Virus record (IMG/VR): IMGVR_UViG_3300042295_001370
Coordinates: 5,673 to 69,672 of that record
Direction: 5' to 3' (one strand)
Source of the DNA: a virus
Lineage: Duplodnaviria > Heunggongvirae > Uroviricota > Caudoviricetes
Length of the DNA: 64,000 bases
Part shown: positions 46,699 through 56,513 of the stretch, in pieces
Numbering within the stretch: position 1 is the first letter of the stretch
Layout: the number at the start of each line of letters is the position of its first letter
The notes under the pieces: model-generated
The model's database searches: none
Seen by the model: only the letters and a program-made list of their open reading frames with translations
What the model was told of the DNA's origin: nothing
Translations under genes and position numbers: made by a program

Positions 46699-46923
46699 CT
46701 AGCACCATGTAAGTTGAAACATCAAGGCTATAGCGGGGTCGCGAAACTTGAATTCCCAAGGGCCATAATGGTAACACCAGTCACCTCTGTAGACTCCAGC
46801 ATGAGCGTTGCACCACCTTTTGGCCGCTTCGAAATCAGTGTAGGATCCTCGCCCCTTGCGAGTCCACTTGACTGCATGCCAAGTTTTCTGTGGTGTTTGA
46901 AACGCCTTGCGGTTGATGGTCAC
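46699..46923 (-). CDS. Small hypothetical protein (F..A..F.L.W family)
   Basis: C-terminus FKFRDPAIALMFQLTW. Confidence 0.6.
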   Translation of the reverse strand: MTINRKAFQTPQKTWHAVKWTRKGRGSYTDFEAAKRWCNAHAGVYRGDWCYHYGPWEFKFRDPAIALMFQLTWC

Positions 46924-46931
46924 TTTTCCCC

Positions 46932-47201
46932 CTAGTAGCCGTCAGCGTTGCGACGCTCGTCTCGCTCACCTTCTCGCCGACTCTCGTCCCGAATAGTCAG
47001 CATGCGATCATACAGGCTTTCAGCAGAATAGGGATTTTCGCGTTCCCAACTGAAAGTTTTGGGCATGCTGTTGAGCTCACGGCAGGCAGCTTCAGCCTCC
47101 TCCCGCTTGAGGTAGACCGTGTCCGGCATGCCAGTGTCAAAGCTGTAGGGATTATTGTGGATATAGACCACAACCCAAAGCTCACTGGTGTTGATTGACA
47201 T
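46932..47201 (-). CDS. Hypothetical protein
   Basis: Start MSINTS after GAGGA; promoter 47227-47254. Confidence 0.55.
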   Translation of the reverse strand: MSINTSELWVVVYIHNNPYSFDTGMPDTVYLKREEAEAACRELNSMPKTFSWERENPYSAESLYDRMLTIRDESRREGERDERRNADGY

Positions 47202-47250
47202 GGTGCTGTCCTCGCTTGATGTGGGGATTATAGCAGACTCGAGCTGAATG

Positions 47251-47469
47251 TCAAGAGGTAAAATGTTCTGGGGCTTTGACCAAATCACCGGGAGGTCGAA
47301 GGATTGTGGTCTCCTCCGTATCGCCATACCGGCGTCGTCGCTCATAGCTGACTCGCACCTGCTGTGCTGTGAATCCTACAATCGTGCCAACAACCAGGCT
47401 CTTGTATCCGTGCGGGGTCAGAGCCACCTTATCGCCAACGTTCAAATCCTGACCAAATACGTCCTGCAC
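47251..47469 (-). CDS. Small SH3/KOW-like hypothetical protein
   Basis: D.FG..L.VGDKV..G.IVGFT..V.V pattern. Confidence 0.55.
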   Translation of the reverse strand: MQDVFGQDLNVGDKVALTPHGYKSLVVGTIVGFTAQQVRVSYERRRRYGDTEETTILRPPGDLVKAPEHFTS

Positions 47470-47490
47470 TATCCGGTACTCCTTGAGATA

Positions 47491-47718
47491 TCAAACTGAC
47501 ACTGGAGTTTCTGGTTCCACATCCAAAACACCCGGGAGGATGCGAGCTGCCTCGGCAATAGACTGATCTGCCCTGCCGGTGATCACGCCAATTGCATCCA
47601 TTACCGTCAACTGCAAGAATCCTAGTTTCTTGAGCTCAACAACCACATTATGGGCCTGTTGAGTTCCATCGAGCGTGACAAGCCAAACTTGTAGATCTCT
47701 GTCCTGCTGGTGATTCAT
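47491..47718 (-). CDS. Hypothetical protein
   Basis: 75-aa ORF under promoter 47742-47769. Confidence 0.55.
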   Translation of the reverse strand: MNHQQDRDLQVWLVTLDGTQQAHNVVVELKKLGFLQLTVMDAIGVITGRADQSIAEAARILPGVLDVEPETPVSV

Positions 47719-47754
47719 GAGCTTTCCTCGTTTGTGTGACCACTATAGCAGGCT

Positions 47755-48111
47755 TTAGGACATTGTCAAGCTATTCCTGGCATCTCGAACCAAGGCAGCC
47801 AACTCTTCTGGCGTGAGCTTTTGGCGAGCCTGCTCCAGCAGCCTCTGCTCCTTGCTTTTGCGTGGTGTGGGATTCTGGGCGCGACGAGCAGCAGCCGCAT
47901 CGAGCTTTTTGACTCGAGCCCTCCACTCTTCCTCACTCTCTAGCTCTTCCCAGGCAAGATACACTGAGGTTTCATCATACCAGCTGTCAAGAACCAATAC
48001 AGCACCATGTTGCAGCTCAGGTAGGTCCTCTAGACGGTAAGGTCCGCTGTATTGGTCAAGATCACGACGACGTTCAACAGTGCGCCGGTCTCTAGCATTG
48101 GGCTTGCTCAT
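47755..48111 (-). CDS. Hypothetical protein
   Basis: Likely start MSKPNA; ends LTPEELAAL. Confidence 0.55.
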   Translation of the reverse strand: MSKPNARDRRTVERRRDLDQYSGPYRLEDLPELQHGAVLVLDSWYDETSVYLAWEELESEEEWRARVKKLDAAAARRAQNPTPRKSKEQRLLEQARQKLTPEELAALVRDARNSLTMS

Positions 48112-48344
48112 GGTGTGAGTTCCTTGCCTTTGAGAAGAGTGTGGATGTATTCGGCTGCCACACCAGGAATGGTGATGGTTTTGGGAAACGGACCAGGACC
48201 CTGTTGAAACACTGCGCTTTCTCGATCGGTCCACCCAATCAACACGCAGTTGGGAGGAGCGGCTGCCATCCACCAATCGTGATCCTTGCGGATCTCTGCA
48301 AGATCCTGATCATCAAGCTTGGGCTTGAGTGCAGCCCGGCTCAC
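48108..48344 (-). CDS. Hypothetical protein
   Basis: 78-aa ORF overlapping both neighbours. Confidence 0.55.
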   Translation of the reverse strand: MSRAALKPKLDDQDLAEIRKDHDWWMAAAPPNCVLIGWTDRESAVFQQGPGPFPKTITIPGVAAEYIHTLLKGKELTP

Positions 48345-48658
48345 TGCTTGTCCCCATATAGCTCGAGGATGGCCTGTGCCACCAGCACAGCTTGCTCGCG
48401 CCCTATGAAGAAGCGAGCGTCAATCTTGCCCTCGCTATTGACATCTCGAATCTCCATACCATCAAGTCCGTCAGCATCGGGACCCACATAAAAGTGGTTA
48501 CCGGTGTCCTCATCATAGACCTTGATCACACGCTCGATGGTAAAACGCTTGGTCATGGGACGGATCTCCTCATATGGGGGAAGTTGTGGAATGCTGCCTT
48601 GGCAGCCACGCTGTCTGCACCACATGCTGTCACAGTCTGGGCACTCGTTTGGCATCAC
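48341..48658 (-). CDS. Hypothetical protein
   Basis: Under promoter 48681-48708. Confidence 0.55.
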   Translation of the reverse strand: MMPNECPDCDSMWCRQRGCQGSIPQLPPYEEIRPMTKRFTIERVIKVYDEDTGNHFYVGPDADGLDGMEIRDVNSEGKIDARFFIGREQAVLVAQAILELYGDKQ

Positions 48659-48717
48659 CTAGCCTTTGCTCTACGCCTGGATAATAGCACAAATCACAGA
48701 GGTGTCAACTGGAATTT

Positions 48718-48909
48718 TCAATAAAATTTCACCGGAATTTTGTTGCCGCATCCCGGGCAAGCCAGCTCTCTAATCTGCTCACGGTCACCGCTGTAGTCTC
48801 CTACCCACCGTGTGGTGGTCTCGCTCTGGGTGTACTCCAAAATGCTGGCGCAGAACCGACAGGTCACACGCCGCATCTCCCGCTCGTCCTTGCCAATGAT
48901 CCTTACCAT
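48718..48909 (-). CDS. Small zinc-ribbon protein
   Basis: CRFC...CPGC. Confidence 0.65.
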   Translation of the reverse strand: MVRIIGKDEREMRRVTCRFCASILEYTQSETTTRWVGDYSGDREQIRELACPGCGNKIPVKFY

Positions 48910-48921
48910 CTACTCTATCCT

Positions 48922-49251
48922 TTAGGGCACGCGGCAGTCCCGTGCCCAGCCAGTATGCATGACATTGCACACCACAGTGGCGGGGTTGGTTTTGAGGATG
49001 GCCAGCACAGTTTCGGCCTGGCCGGTGCTGGTGGCTGTCTTCTCACCCGCCTCATCACACAGCAGCTTGACGCGGATGGTCTCGCTGCCGCTGACAACTT
49101 CGCCCACCTCACACCGTGCGTCAGAGGTTCGCACTCGAGTTTCTTTGCTGCCTAGGACCATGAAAAACAGCGCCAGGCTGGTGACAGCCACAGCCACCAC
49201 TGCTCCCATTGGGGGGATCAAAAAGCTGCCGTTGCGGATGATGTTAATCAT
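48922..49251 (-). CDS. Membrane-anchored hypothetical protein
   Basis: Start MINII; N-terminal TM segment, four Cys. Confidence 0.55.
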   Translation of the reverse strand: MINIIRNGSFLIPPMGAVVAVAVTSLALFFMVLGSKETRVRTSDARCEVGEVVSGSETIRVKLLCDEAGEKTATSTGQAETVLAILKTNPATVVCNVMHTGWARDCRVP

Positions 49252-49726
49252 TGTTGTTGTCCTTAATGGTGATGGTGGGGCAAAAACGCTGTTTGACGCC
49301 AATGAGATAGCGCCCAAACACCTGTAGGAATGTGGGCGCACGCTGAGGAGCTTTCTTGACTGCGCTGCTGGTCTTTCTTGCCACCCACCGGATGGCCTCA
49401 GGTGCTCCCACAACAGCCGTTGCCACCAACATAGCGGCAGCAAACACACCAACAAAAAGTCCCACAGTCATGGCCACCGTTGTGACATTGAACAGCAGGA
49501 AGGGCATCACCAGCATCACAAACGCCACCCACGCCCACACAGCCAAGTTCAGCAGGGCCACCAGGGTGCCCAGCAGGATTGTGCGGAAGAAGGTGCAGAG
49601 GTCGGTGCCCTTATTCATAGCCCTCTCTACTCGTCGACTAGCGTATCCTGGATTGAGCCACCGGTCCAGAATATTGCAGTTCCATAGGAACCACTTCACA
49701 TACCATTGATCACTGTTGACTTGCAC
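49244..49726 (-). CDS. Membrane protein, two TM helices
   Basis: DLCTFFR followed by two hydrophobic helices. Confidence 0.65.
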   Translation of the reverse strand: MQVNSDQWYVKWFLWNCNILDRWLNPGYASRRVERAMNKGTDLCTFFRTILLGTLVALLNLAVWAWVAFVMLVMPFLLFNVTTVAMTVGLFVGVFAAAMLVATAVVGAPEAIRWVARKTSSAVKKAPQRAPTFLQVFGRYLIGVKQRFCPTITIKDNNND

Positions 49727-49729
49727 GGT

Positions 49730-50425
49730 TTACACTCCTGTCAAAATGTCTTGAATCATTGCCTTGACCTTGATGTTGAATGCCCGTTGGCGTGAGCACC
49801 AAGATTCATAGCTGGCTGGCCGACCACCATCACCAAAACGTTGAGCCAAGTGAGCCGAAGTTTGGCTCGCAAACTGGATGTTGGCCTCGTGCTGTTTCGC
49901 ATTGGTTTCAGGGTCAAATCCATACTGGTCAGGCTCACTGCGAAACACTACAAAAATCATCTCACGCACTGCTGCAAGCCATTCGGGGTCAACATCATCT
50001 GGCACCTGGCTCATCCGGCTGTAGGCACAGAGAGGATAAATGCTTTTGGCTGAGAAGCTGTCTCTGAGCCTGGTCGGTGTGTTGTGGCTCCACTCCACTA
50101 GTGCCAGATCATTGGCATTTTCGACGGTGGCCCTAATCCGCATGCTCTCCTGCTGGATCATCACACGATATCGAGCCAAAGTAGAGGCATCCATCTCGTT
50201 GGCATCTTCCTCCAGCCGCTCTCTCATCCACTTGGTGTTTTCTGCTACCAGCTGTTCCACAGTGCGCAAAGGTGGCTCGTCAAATATGCTCACTAGCTGT
50301 CCATCCTGCCATTCCATGCCATTGCCAATCACACAAAACCACTGTTCCAGCACATCAGTACGGCAGCGATAAAGAGTGGGGTAGCGTCGGATGCTGTCTG
50401 CAATACGCTTGTTGATCAGGCTCAC
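49730..50425 (-). CDS. Hypothetical protein
   Basis: 231-aa ORF under promoter 50453-50480. Confidence 0.65.
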   Translation of the reverse strand: MSLINKRIADSIRRYPTLYRCRTDVLEQWFCVIGNGMEWQDGQLVSIFDEPPLRTVEQLVAENTKWMRERLEEDANEMDASTLARYRVMIQQESMRIRATVENANDLALVEWSHNTPTRLRDSFSAKSIYPLCAYSRMSQVPDDVDPEWLAAVREMIFVVFRSEPDQYGFDPETNAKQHEANIQFASQTSAHLAQRFGDGGRPASYESWCSRQRAFNIKVKAMIQDILTGV

Positions 50426-50522
50426 GTTCTCACCTCTTGCGTGTCAATAGGCATAGTAGCACAGACATAGACTGAGTCAAGAGAAAAAGTGAGGGGCACG
50501 GTCACACCCCTCACTTGAGCAA

Positions 50523-50927
50523 TCAGCCGTCCAGCTGGGCCAGGCGGGCCAGCAGCTCATCCTTGCTGGCCTTGGTGAGCTCTTCGGATTCGCGAGCTGC
50601 CAGTGCATCCAGGATGCGAGCACGCTCCACAGCACGCTGGGCACGCTGCTCGGCCAGCCGGTTCTCTTCCTGTCGCACAGCGATGATGGATTTGACCAGT
50701 TCCAGCTTGCCTTCAGCAGTGGAGCGAGCAGGGTTGCTCCGTGTTTCCACAAAGCTTTCCTCGCCTAGGTCCTTGACCTCTTGGTTGAGGCCCCGAGCCA
50801 CGGAGTTGAGGTCAAAGCCATTCTTGGCTAGGAGTGGCATGCTCCACAGTTGCTCGGTGGTGAGCTCGCCACGAGTGCTGGGAAAGCGCCAAGCCTGTCG
50901 AGAAGCGGTAACAAAAAGATCGTTCAT
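50523..50927 (-). CDS. Conserved coiled-coil phage protein
   Basis: LF..ASR..RF.S.RG.LT.EQLW..PL; AAAGGA RBS. Confidence 0.7.
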   Translation of the reverse strand: MNDLFVTASRQAWRFPSTRGELTTEQLWSMPLLAKNGFDLNSVARGLNQEVKDLGEESFVETRSNPARSTAEGKLELVKSIIAVRQEENRLAEQRAQRAVERARILDALAARESEELTKASKDELLARLAQLDG

Positions 50928-50940
50928 GTTGGGTGTCCTT

Positions 50941-52917
50941 TCAAAAAATGATGTTGTAGGCACGAGTTGAGTTGTTGGTTGAGACTCGCACAGTGACCTC
51001 GTCGTTGCGTCCACGTGAGAAGCCCACGCCACTGAGTTGCTGATCTGAGGGTGCACACTTGGTCTTGTTGCCTAGCACCTCAAACACCTTGCGATGAGGC
51101 TCGAGGTCGCCTCGCAGGAACTCGTTGTAGATGCCTCGAGTGGCCTCGGGATTCTTGCAGCCTTCCAGGATGAAGAACCAATGCTGGTTGCCCACACCGC
51201 CTGCGTTTTCCCAGTGGTTGGGACTGCACATCAGCGTGCTGACCGGCACAAAGTTTTCCGTAGCCACACCCCACTTCTGGGTTGACACGTCACCGCCTCG
51301 GATTGACTTGTTGACAATCTTGAGATCAGTGAGTTCGCCACGCACCATCTGGAAGGTGATGCAGTCCACCGTGCCTTTGACACCTAGTGGATAGCTCAGC
51401 TGAGAGACCTTGCCCTCGCACTCAATCTCCAGTGTGAAGCCCACGTTGTCAGTCTCACGCTGACTGAACTGGTTGACCTGAATGCGGTAGACACCATCAA
51501 GCGGACGAGTCCAGCTGAGGTTCTCCACAGGCTCTCGAGTGGTGCCTCGGCCTGCATTCATGTCCACGTCCAGGATGCGCCCAGGGTTGCCGTAGTAGAT
51601 GTGACCGTCAGGGCAGTGAGCATGGATGTCAAGGTCGTCATAGTTGCTCCAGGCCAAACTCACTCGGAGTGCTGCATTGGTGTTGCCACCTGCCCGCTTG
51701 ACACGAGCCTTGATGCTGTCTGCGACCTCGCCATCATAGCTCCACGCAAAATCGTTGTTCCAGCGGAACAGCCGACCAGCATCCACATGCACATGCACAG
51801 GTGCAGTCACGCTCACAAAGTTGCCCAGGTGCTGATTCTTCAGCAGCACCTCAACTCGGCGCGCCTTGGGCAGCACATCGCTCACAAACTCAGCCACCGG
51901 GATGCCAGTGACACCACTCACGTTCTTGGGCGGCGCTGAGCCGACTGCCTCCATGAGCAGGCTGGTGAGACCATCTCGCATCTGTGCCTGCACACTGTTG
52001 TCCACAAACAGCACGTCGTTGACACTCACATCTTCCAGTCGGGCAAACCGCCGCTCGATGCTCCGCTCCAGATCCAGCTCACGCAACTTCTCCACTGCCT
52101 TGGTGACCATGGCAGGCGTGATGAGTGCAGTGGTGCGCTTGTAGTTGGTGGGGGCCACCTTCTGCTCAAAACCGCGCACGGCACGCTCGAGGTCCACACC
52201 ATCACTGAGGTCCTGGATCAGCGTGCCAATCACCGTGTTGCGAAAGCGTGCCACAGGGTTGCCGACGTTGCTCCACACATGCAGGCTGCCGTCACCTGAG
52301 GCACGGTAGGCACGCTGGAGGCTTTGAAACTCCTGCACAGCTCGACGGTGCTCACTACCACGGTAGAGGGCGTTGCTGTCGATGAGGTCCAGCACTGTCT
52401 GGAAGGTGTCGTCACCCAAGGTGTCTAGGCCGCGACGCAGCACTTGAGCAGTGGTGTTGATGCTGCCTCGCTCTTCGTCGGGACGAGCACAGCGGTGACG
52501 AGTTGCCACCTCAGCATGGAAGTGGTCCCAGCGTCGGTTGTCACTGTCATAGGTGTGTGAGGCACCAAAGCGAGTTTCCTTGGTGCGGAACACGCTTTTG
52601 ATGGGAAGCTGTTGCACTAGTGCATCCATGGCCGCAGCCACAGTGGCATAGGGCTCGGGGAGGTTGGGAACGCTCCACACGCTTTCCTTGCGGCCGTTGA
52701 CGATAGCCACCACACCGCCCATGTTGCGCACAAAGTTCTTGCAGCAAGAGCAGTCATGCGTGGTGCGAACCCGGAACATGGGGTCAGTGCCCTCGGGAAA
52801 ACTCAGCAGGTAGCTGGTGAAGAGGTCAATACCCTCTACCACATACAGCTCATGCTGGCTGAGGCTCTTGACTCGATTGGCTACAGCAGTGCTGAAGCTG
52901 GGGAAATCAGCTGTCAT
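50941..52917 (-). CDS. Large conserved phage protein with DUF2135/YfaP-like domain
   Basis: HDCSCC; LRVSLAW...DDLDIH..LDVDMNAG..PVEN. Confidence 0.7.
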   Translation of the reverse strand: MTADFPSFSTAVANRVKSLSQHELYVVEGIDLFTSYLLSFPEGTDPMFRVRTTHDCSCCKNFVRNMGGVVAIVNGRKESVWSVPNLPEPYATVAAAMDALVQQLPIKSVFRTKETRFGASHTYDSDNRRWDHFHAEVATRHRCARPDEERGSINTTAQVLRRGLDTLGDDTFQTVLDLIDSNALYRGSEHRRAVQEFQSLQRAYRASGDGSLHVWSNVGNPVARFRNTVIGTLIQDLSDGVDLERAVRGFEQKVAPTNYKRTTALITPAMVTKAVEKLRELDLERSIERRFARLEDVSVNDVLFVDNSVQAQMRDGLTSLLMEAVGSAPPKNVSGVTGIPVAEFVSDVLPKARRVEVLLKNQHLGNFVSVTAPVHVHVDAGRLFRWNNDFAWSYDGEVADSIKARVKRAGGNTNAALRVSLAWSNYDDLDIHAHCPDGHIYYGNPGRILDVDMNAGRGTTREPVENLSWTRPLDGVYRIQVNQFSQRETDNVGFTLEIECEGKVSQLSYPLGVKGTVDCITFQMVRGELTDLKIVNKSIRGGDVSTQKWGVATENFVPVSTLMCSPNHWENAGGVGNQHWFFILEGCKNPEATRGIYNEFLRGDLEPHRKVFEVLGNKTKCAPSDQQLSGVGFSRGRNDEVTVRVSTNNSTRAYNIIF

Positions 52918-53005
52918 AGGGTGTGTTTCTTTCAACTGTTGTGTGACTATAGCAAGGTTGCTGAGTTGTGTCTAGGACTTTTTCAGTAGATCAACGTGTG
53001 CTGCT

Positions 53006-53680
53006 TCATACTGCGCCAATCATGTTTTGCACCCACTCGGGGCACATCTTGATACGGCTCTGGGTGATGGCTGCATGATCGTAGTTGGTGTCCTTGGTGT
53101 CCTGGTAGTGCAGCAACCAAAGCCAAGGACGATGCCTCCACTGGGGCAGGAGATCGCCAGCACTCTGCAGGCCTTGGATCTTGTGGCGCAGTGCCTCGCG
53201 AGCATCATGGTCGCCACACCACACACCGGGATTTTCCTGGTCTACATAGCCCTCAAAATGCCCGCTGCTGGTGTAGCACCAACGGTCTGTGCCGCTGTGA
53301 GGAATCCAGTTGTAGTAGACTTTTGCACCGTTCACATGGTCACCGCAGAAGGTGTCGAAACACAGCAGCAGCCCGTCCCGGTGAGCGTAGATGAAATAGC
53401 GTTCTTCACGATCGGGATCAGTGCTGTCGTATCCCCGTACCACAAAGGGCAGCTCCAGCGCCAACTCAAAACCCATGAGGGTGATGATCTCCTGGTAGCG
53501 AACCAGCCGGTTGCTGAAGGTGGTGTCGCCCAACTCCTCTAGAGCCCTTTGCTTGCGCTGGTTGTGGCTGACGTGCAGCGCCATACCAAGGTTGACACTA
53601 TCGGGATTGTTGCGGCCCAGCATGCGCTCAGCTGTGTCCAGTGGGTCAAACTTCAGCAAGCGATCAATTTCGTCACTCAC
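53006..53680 (-). CDS. Hypothetical protein
   Basis: GTG start under promoter 53708-53735. Confidence 0.65.
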   Translation of the reverse strand: MSDEIDRLLKFDPLDTAERMLGRNNPDSVNLGMALHVSHNQRKQRALEELGDTTFSNRLVRYQEIITLMGFELALELPFVVRGYDSTDPDREERYFIYAHRDGLLLCFDTFCGDHVNGAKVYYNWIPHSGTDRWCYTSSGHFEGYVDQENPGVWCGDHDAREALRHKIQGLQSAGDLLPQWRHRPWLWLLHYQDTKDTNYDHAAITQSRIKMCPEWVQNMIGAV

Positions 53681-53738
53681 GGCTGGGTTCCTTTTCTCTA
53701 TGTGGGCATTATAGCAGGATGCTGTTTTATGTCTAGCC

Positions 53739-54005
53739 TTAATTTTTTGGTGGACCAAACTTGTTGGCTAGCCTGAGATACTCTTGATACTCAGCATCCT
53801 GCTGCCGAACATGTTTCTCAATGATGGGTTCCCAAGAGCCTGGCACTGTGCCGGCCTGGCCGGCTTGATAAGCCTCTACCTCACGCAGCAGAGCGCCGTA
53901 TCCACCATCATCATAACGTCCAGAATAACCAGCATTGTCTAGGCGAGCTTGCGCTTCGGCTTTGACCCAAGAGATGATTTGGTTGGAAGTGGGATTTTTG
54001 CTCAT
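53739..54005 (-). CDS. Hypothetical protein
   Basis: Start MSKNPT after GAGG. Confidence 0.6.
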   Translation of the reverse strand: MSKNPTSNQIISWVKAEAQARLDNAGYSGRYDDGGYGALLREVEAYQAGQAGTVPGSWEPIIEKHVRQQDAEYQEYLRLANKFGPPKN

Positions 54006-54012
54006 GTCTGCC

Positions 54013-54489
54013 TCAGATAATATCCACGGTTTCTTGTCCGCCTGTAAACAACAGGGCCTCAACAAAAGGCAACGGATGATCATTGTTGGTGGTGCAATAG
54101 GCAATCAGCGCCTTTGCACGGGTTTCAACATCTTGATCAGGGATGTTGAACAATTCTTGCTGATTTTGCGGACCGCGTACCTGATCGTTCATGAAAAGAT
54201 AATGAGCATATTTTTCTGCCTGTTTGGCAGCATCAGCTGATTGAAAACACAGCTCAGCTAGAATTCTAAAATCACCACCCGCTTGGTTTCGGCCACGTTG
54301 CAGCGAATTGAACAAAGTGCTTTGGCCAATCTTGAGATGTGCTCCGCTTACAGTTCCTGTAAGATAATCAGTCACATACTGTCGTGCAAAGTAGATTACA
54401 TATCGATGCACTAGCTCGAGCTTGCCGCGTGCTAGCCCTTCTCGACTGATTCGTATGTTACAGTAGTCTGCATGTCCGGCGCCGTTCAT
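54013..54489 (-). CDS. Hypothetical protein, possibly nuclease-like (GIY-YIG/T5orf172-type C-terminal pattern)
   Basis: LKIGQS..LQRG..A...E...H..ELF; weak. Confidence 0.5.
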   Translation of the reverse strand: MNGAGHADYCNIRISREGLARGKLELVHRYVIYFARQYVTDYLTGTVSGAHLKIGQSTLFNSLQRGRNQAGGDFRILAELCFQSADAAKQAEKYAHYLFMNDQVRGPQNQQELFNIPDQDVETRAKALIAYCTTNNDHPLPFVEALLFTGGQETVDII

Positions 54490-54529
54490 AATTACCCCGT
54501 GGGTTAGATATTGATACCAAAAGCGTTGT

Positions 54530-54769
54530 TTACATCTGAAACAACATCTCCACCAAGAGCATGTTACATTTGATCCCGCTTATAACACTCGTGGAGAGAT
54601 AGGCAGCACAGGCATCAGCTTCCTCTTTTGTGTGGAATCTCATGGCTGCCACCCTATGATTACTCCAAAAACCCTGTGTTGTATCAACAGGATACAACCC
54701 TGATGGATGTCGCAAGATCCAATAGCCCATTGTATTCCGCTGATACAGCACTTTTCCTTCAGCAGTCAT
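54530..54769 (-). CDS. Hypothetical protein
   Basis: 79-aa ORF; A.RF.TKEEA motif. Confidence 0.45.
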   Translation of the reverse strand: MTAEGKVLYQRNTMGYWILRHPSGLYPVDTTQGFWSNHRVAAMRFHTKEEADACAAYLSTSVISGIKCNMLLVEMLFQM

Positions 54770-55023
54770 TAGATCTGTTCCGCAATGATGGCAGCAGCCA
54801 GTGCCTCGCGGCTCTCAAACAGCATGGCTTCTTCATGCTCTCCATGGCAGGTGGCATACACCACACGGCAGGGACCAAAACGCTGGAAAAACTCCGCCTG
54901 CTTGTCGGTGGCATTCCACTTGGGATGCTGATTCTCCACCAGCATGCGGCACAACACCGGAGCACTGCACACCCGGTTGTCCATGAGATAGTAGACAGTC
55001 TGGTCCAGCTCGAACTTGAACAT
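54769..55023 (-). CDS. Hypothetical protein
   Basis: MFKFELDQTVYY..LFESRE; promoter 55052-55079. Confidence 0.6.
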   Translation of the reverse strand: MFKFELDQTVYYLMDNRVCSAPVLCRMLVENQHPKWNATDKQAEFFQRFGPCRVVYATCHGEHEEAMLFESREALAAAIIAEQI

Positions 55024-55091
55024 TGGTGTTGCTTCCTCTCTCTGTGTGCCCATTATAGCAGGGTTTGGCCTGCTGTCAACCGCTTTTTTGT

Positions 55092-55505
55092 CTATTCAGC
55101 CACAAAAATCCGGTGCAGCTTGCCTACCACGGGCACATCCTTGTTCACCACAGTGAACGCACCGCTCTGGTAGAACTCGATCTCTACACCAGTGGCATTG
55201 TAGCTGCCATCTACGTTCAGCTTGCGAGCCCGGATGTGCCAACCGTCGGGGTAAATGTCATGGGGTCCGTGACCAGTGCCGCCGCCCTCACTCCGAGCAT
55301 GCTCCACCACATAGCGACCCTTGAGGTAGCCGAGATCCAGTGCATGATCGTCTCGCCACATGAGGCATCCCACTCGCACCTCAGTTTTTGCAGGAGTGGG
55401 ATCGTTGGGCCGGTTGACATAGGCAAAGTGGCTGGGGATTTTGGCATAAACACTCATGTTCTTGCAGGCCTCAAACACGTCGCCTACTTCCAGTTTCTTG
55501 CTCAT
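55092..55505 (-). CDS. Hypothetical protein
   Basis: GGGTGHGPHD.YPDGW motif; promoter 55533-55560. Confidence 0.65.
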   Translation of the reverse strand: MSKKLEVGDVFEACKNMSVYAKIPSHFAYVNRPNDPTPAKTEVRVGCLMWRDDHALDLGYLKGRYVVEHARSEGGGTGHGPHDIYPDGWHIRARKLNVDGSYNATGVEIEFYQSGAFTVVNKDVPVVGKLHRIFVAE

Positions 55506-55556
55506 GTCCCGTGCTCCTGTCTCTATATGCCCATTATAGCACAGCTCAAGGGGCTG

Positions 55557-56111
55557 TCAACCGTTTTGTTCTTTCTGTAGGCGAACCACAACCTTAAGCA
55601 GCTCGTTGGCAGCACTCTGTCGACCTTGCTGGTGAAACAGTTCGGTGTGATACCCTATTTCTTTTGCCTTTTTGATCTCATCCTCAGCACGGTTCAAAAT
55701 ATGCTGAATCTCTCCTTCAAGCTGGCTGAGAATGGCCCGGGGAGTTTGGCGGAGTGTGATACCAGGGCAAGGAAGCTTGAACACCGCAGGATCAATGCTC
55801 CAGCACACATCCTCCCACTCATCATCTCTCATGGTGATGTAGTCATCCTCAGTGTAGCCCAGCCTGTCTACACCTTGCCCAAGGCCAACAAACGTGCCAT
55901 CCTCAAGCCAGGCCGAGTAGCCATAGCTGTCGTAGCCCCACTCGTCATAGTTGACGAAATGGATCTTCTCATCATATTGGTCAACCCCTGCCTGGTAGGG
56001 AGAGGGAACCTCACCATAGGCGTTGCGATCGAACTGTTCGACCGCGTCGAGCTTCATGCGTGCGTCACTGTTCTTGCGAGGAGTTGCAGGGCTATATTTT
56101 CCGCGGCTCAT
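55557..56111 (-). CDS. Hypothetical protein
   Basis: MSRGKYSP..YD..GYD.YGY..DR.GYTE; promoter 56138-56165. Confidence 0.65.
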   Translation of the reverse strand: MSRGKYSPATPRKNSDARMKLDAVEQFDRNAYGEVPSPYQAGVDQYDEKIHFVNYDEWGYDSYGYSAWLEDGTFVGLGQGVDRLGYTEDDYITMRDDEWEDVCWSIDPAVFKLPCPGITLRQTPRAILSQLEGEIQHILNRAEDEIKKAKEIGYHTELFHQQGRQSAANELLKVVVRLQKEQNG

Positions 56112-56183
56112 AAGGTCGGCTCCTTGCTTGTGTGCGCATTATAGCACGATGCAGGGCGCTGTCAACCAGTTTTTCCCCGCAGC

Positions 56184-56504
56184 CTACCTGCCTATCTCCT
56201 CTCGGGTCACCAAGTGCTGGCCATCGCCCACGCTCAACAAATGGCCTATCTCGTTGAACCAACCCACACGCGATACCTGCCCCCTCAGAGGACTGTCTAC
56301 CCGGGCTTCAACAGGATACATGCCCATGGCACTCTCGCCCATGTCCGCTATAGTGAGCACACCATCAATCTCGCGGATCTCATACACATGGTTGGGCTTG
56401 AGAAGGTTGGTGGCGTGTTCCTCACACATGGCGCCCAGGATAAGGTCACCCTTTGAATACTGGTTGTCAGCAGGGCGGATGGCAAAGCGGGCTAGAGTTC
56501 GCAT
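56184..56504 (-). CDS. Hypothetical protein
   Basis: 106-aa ORF, AGGA RBS. Confidence 0.55.
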   Translation of the reverse strand: MRTLARFAIRPADNQYSKGDLILGAMCEEHATNLLKPNHVYEIREIDGVLTIADMGESAMGMYPVEARVDSPLRGQVSRVGWFNEIGHLLSVGDGQHLVTREEIGR

Positions 56505-56513
56505 GGTGTTTTC

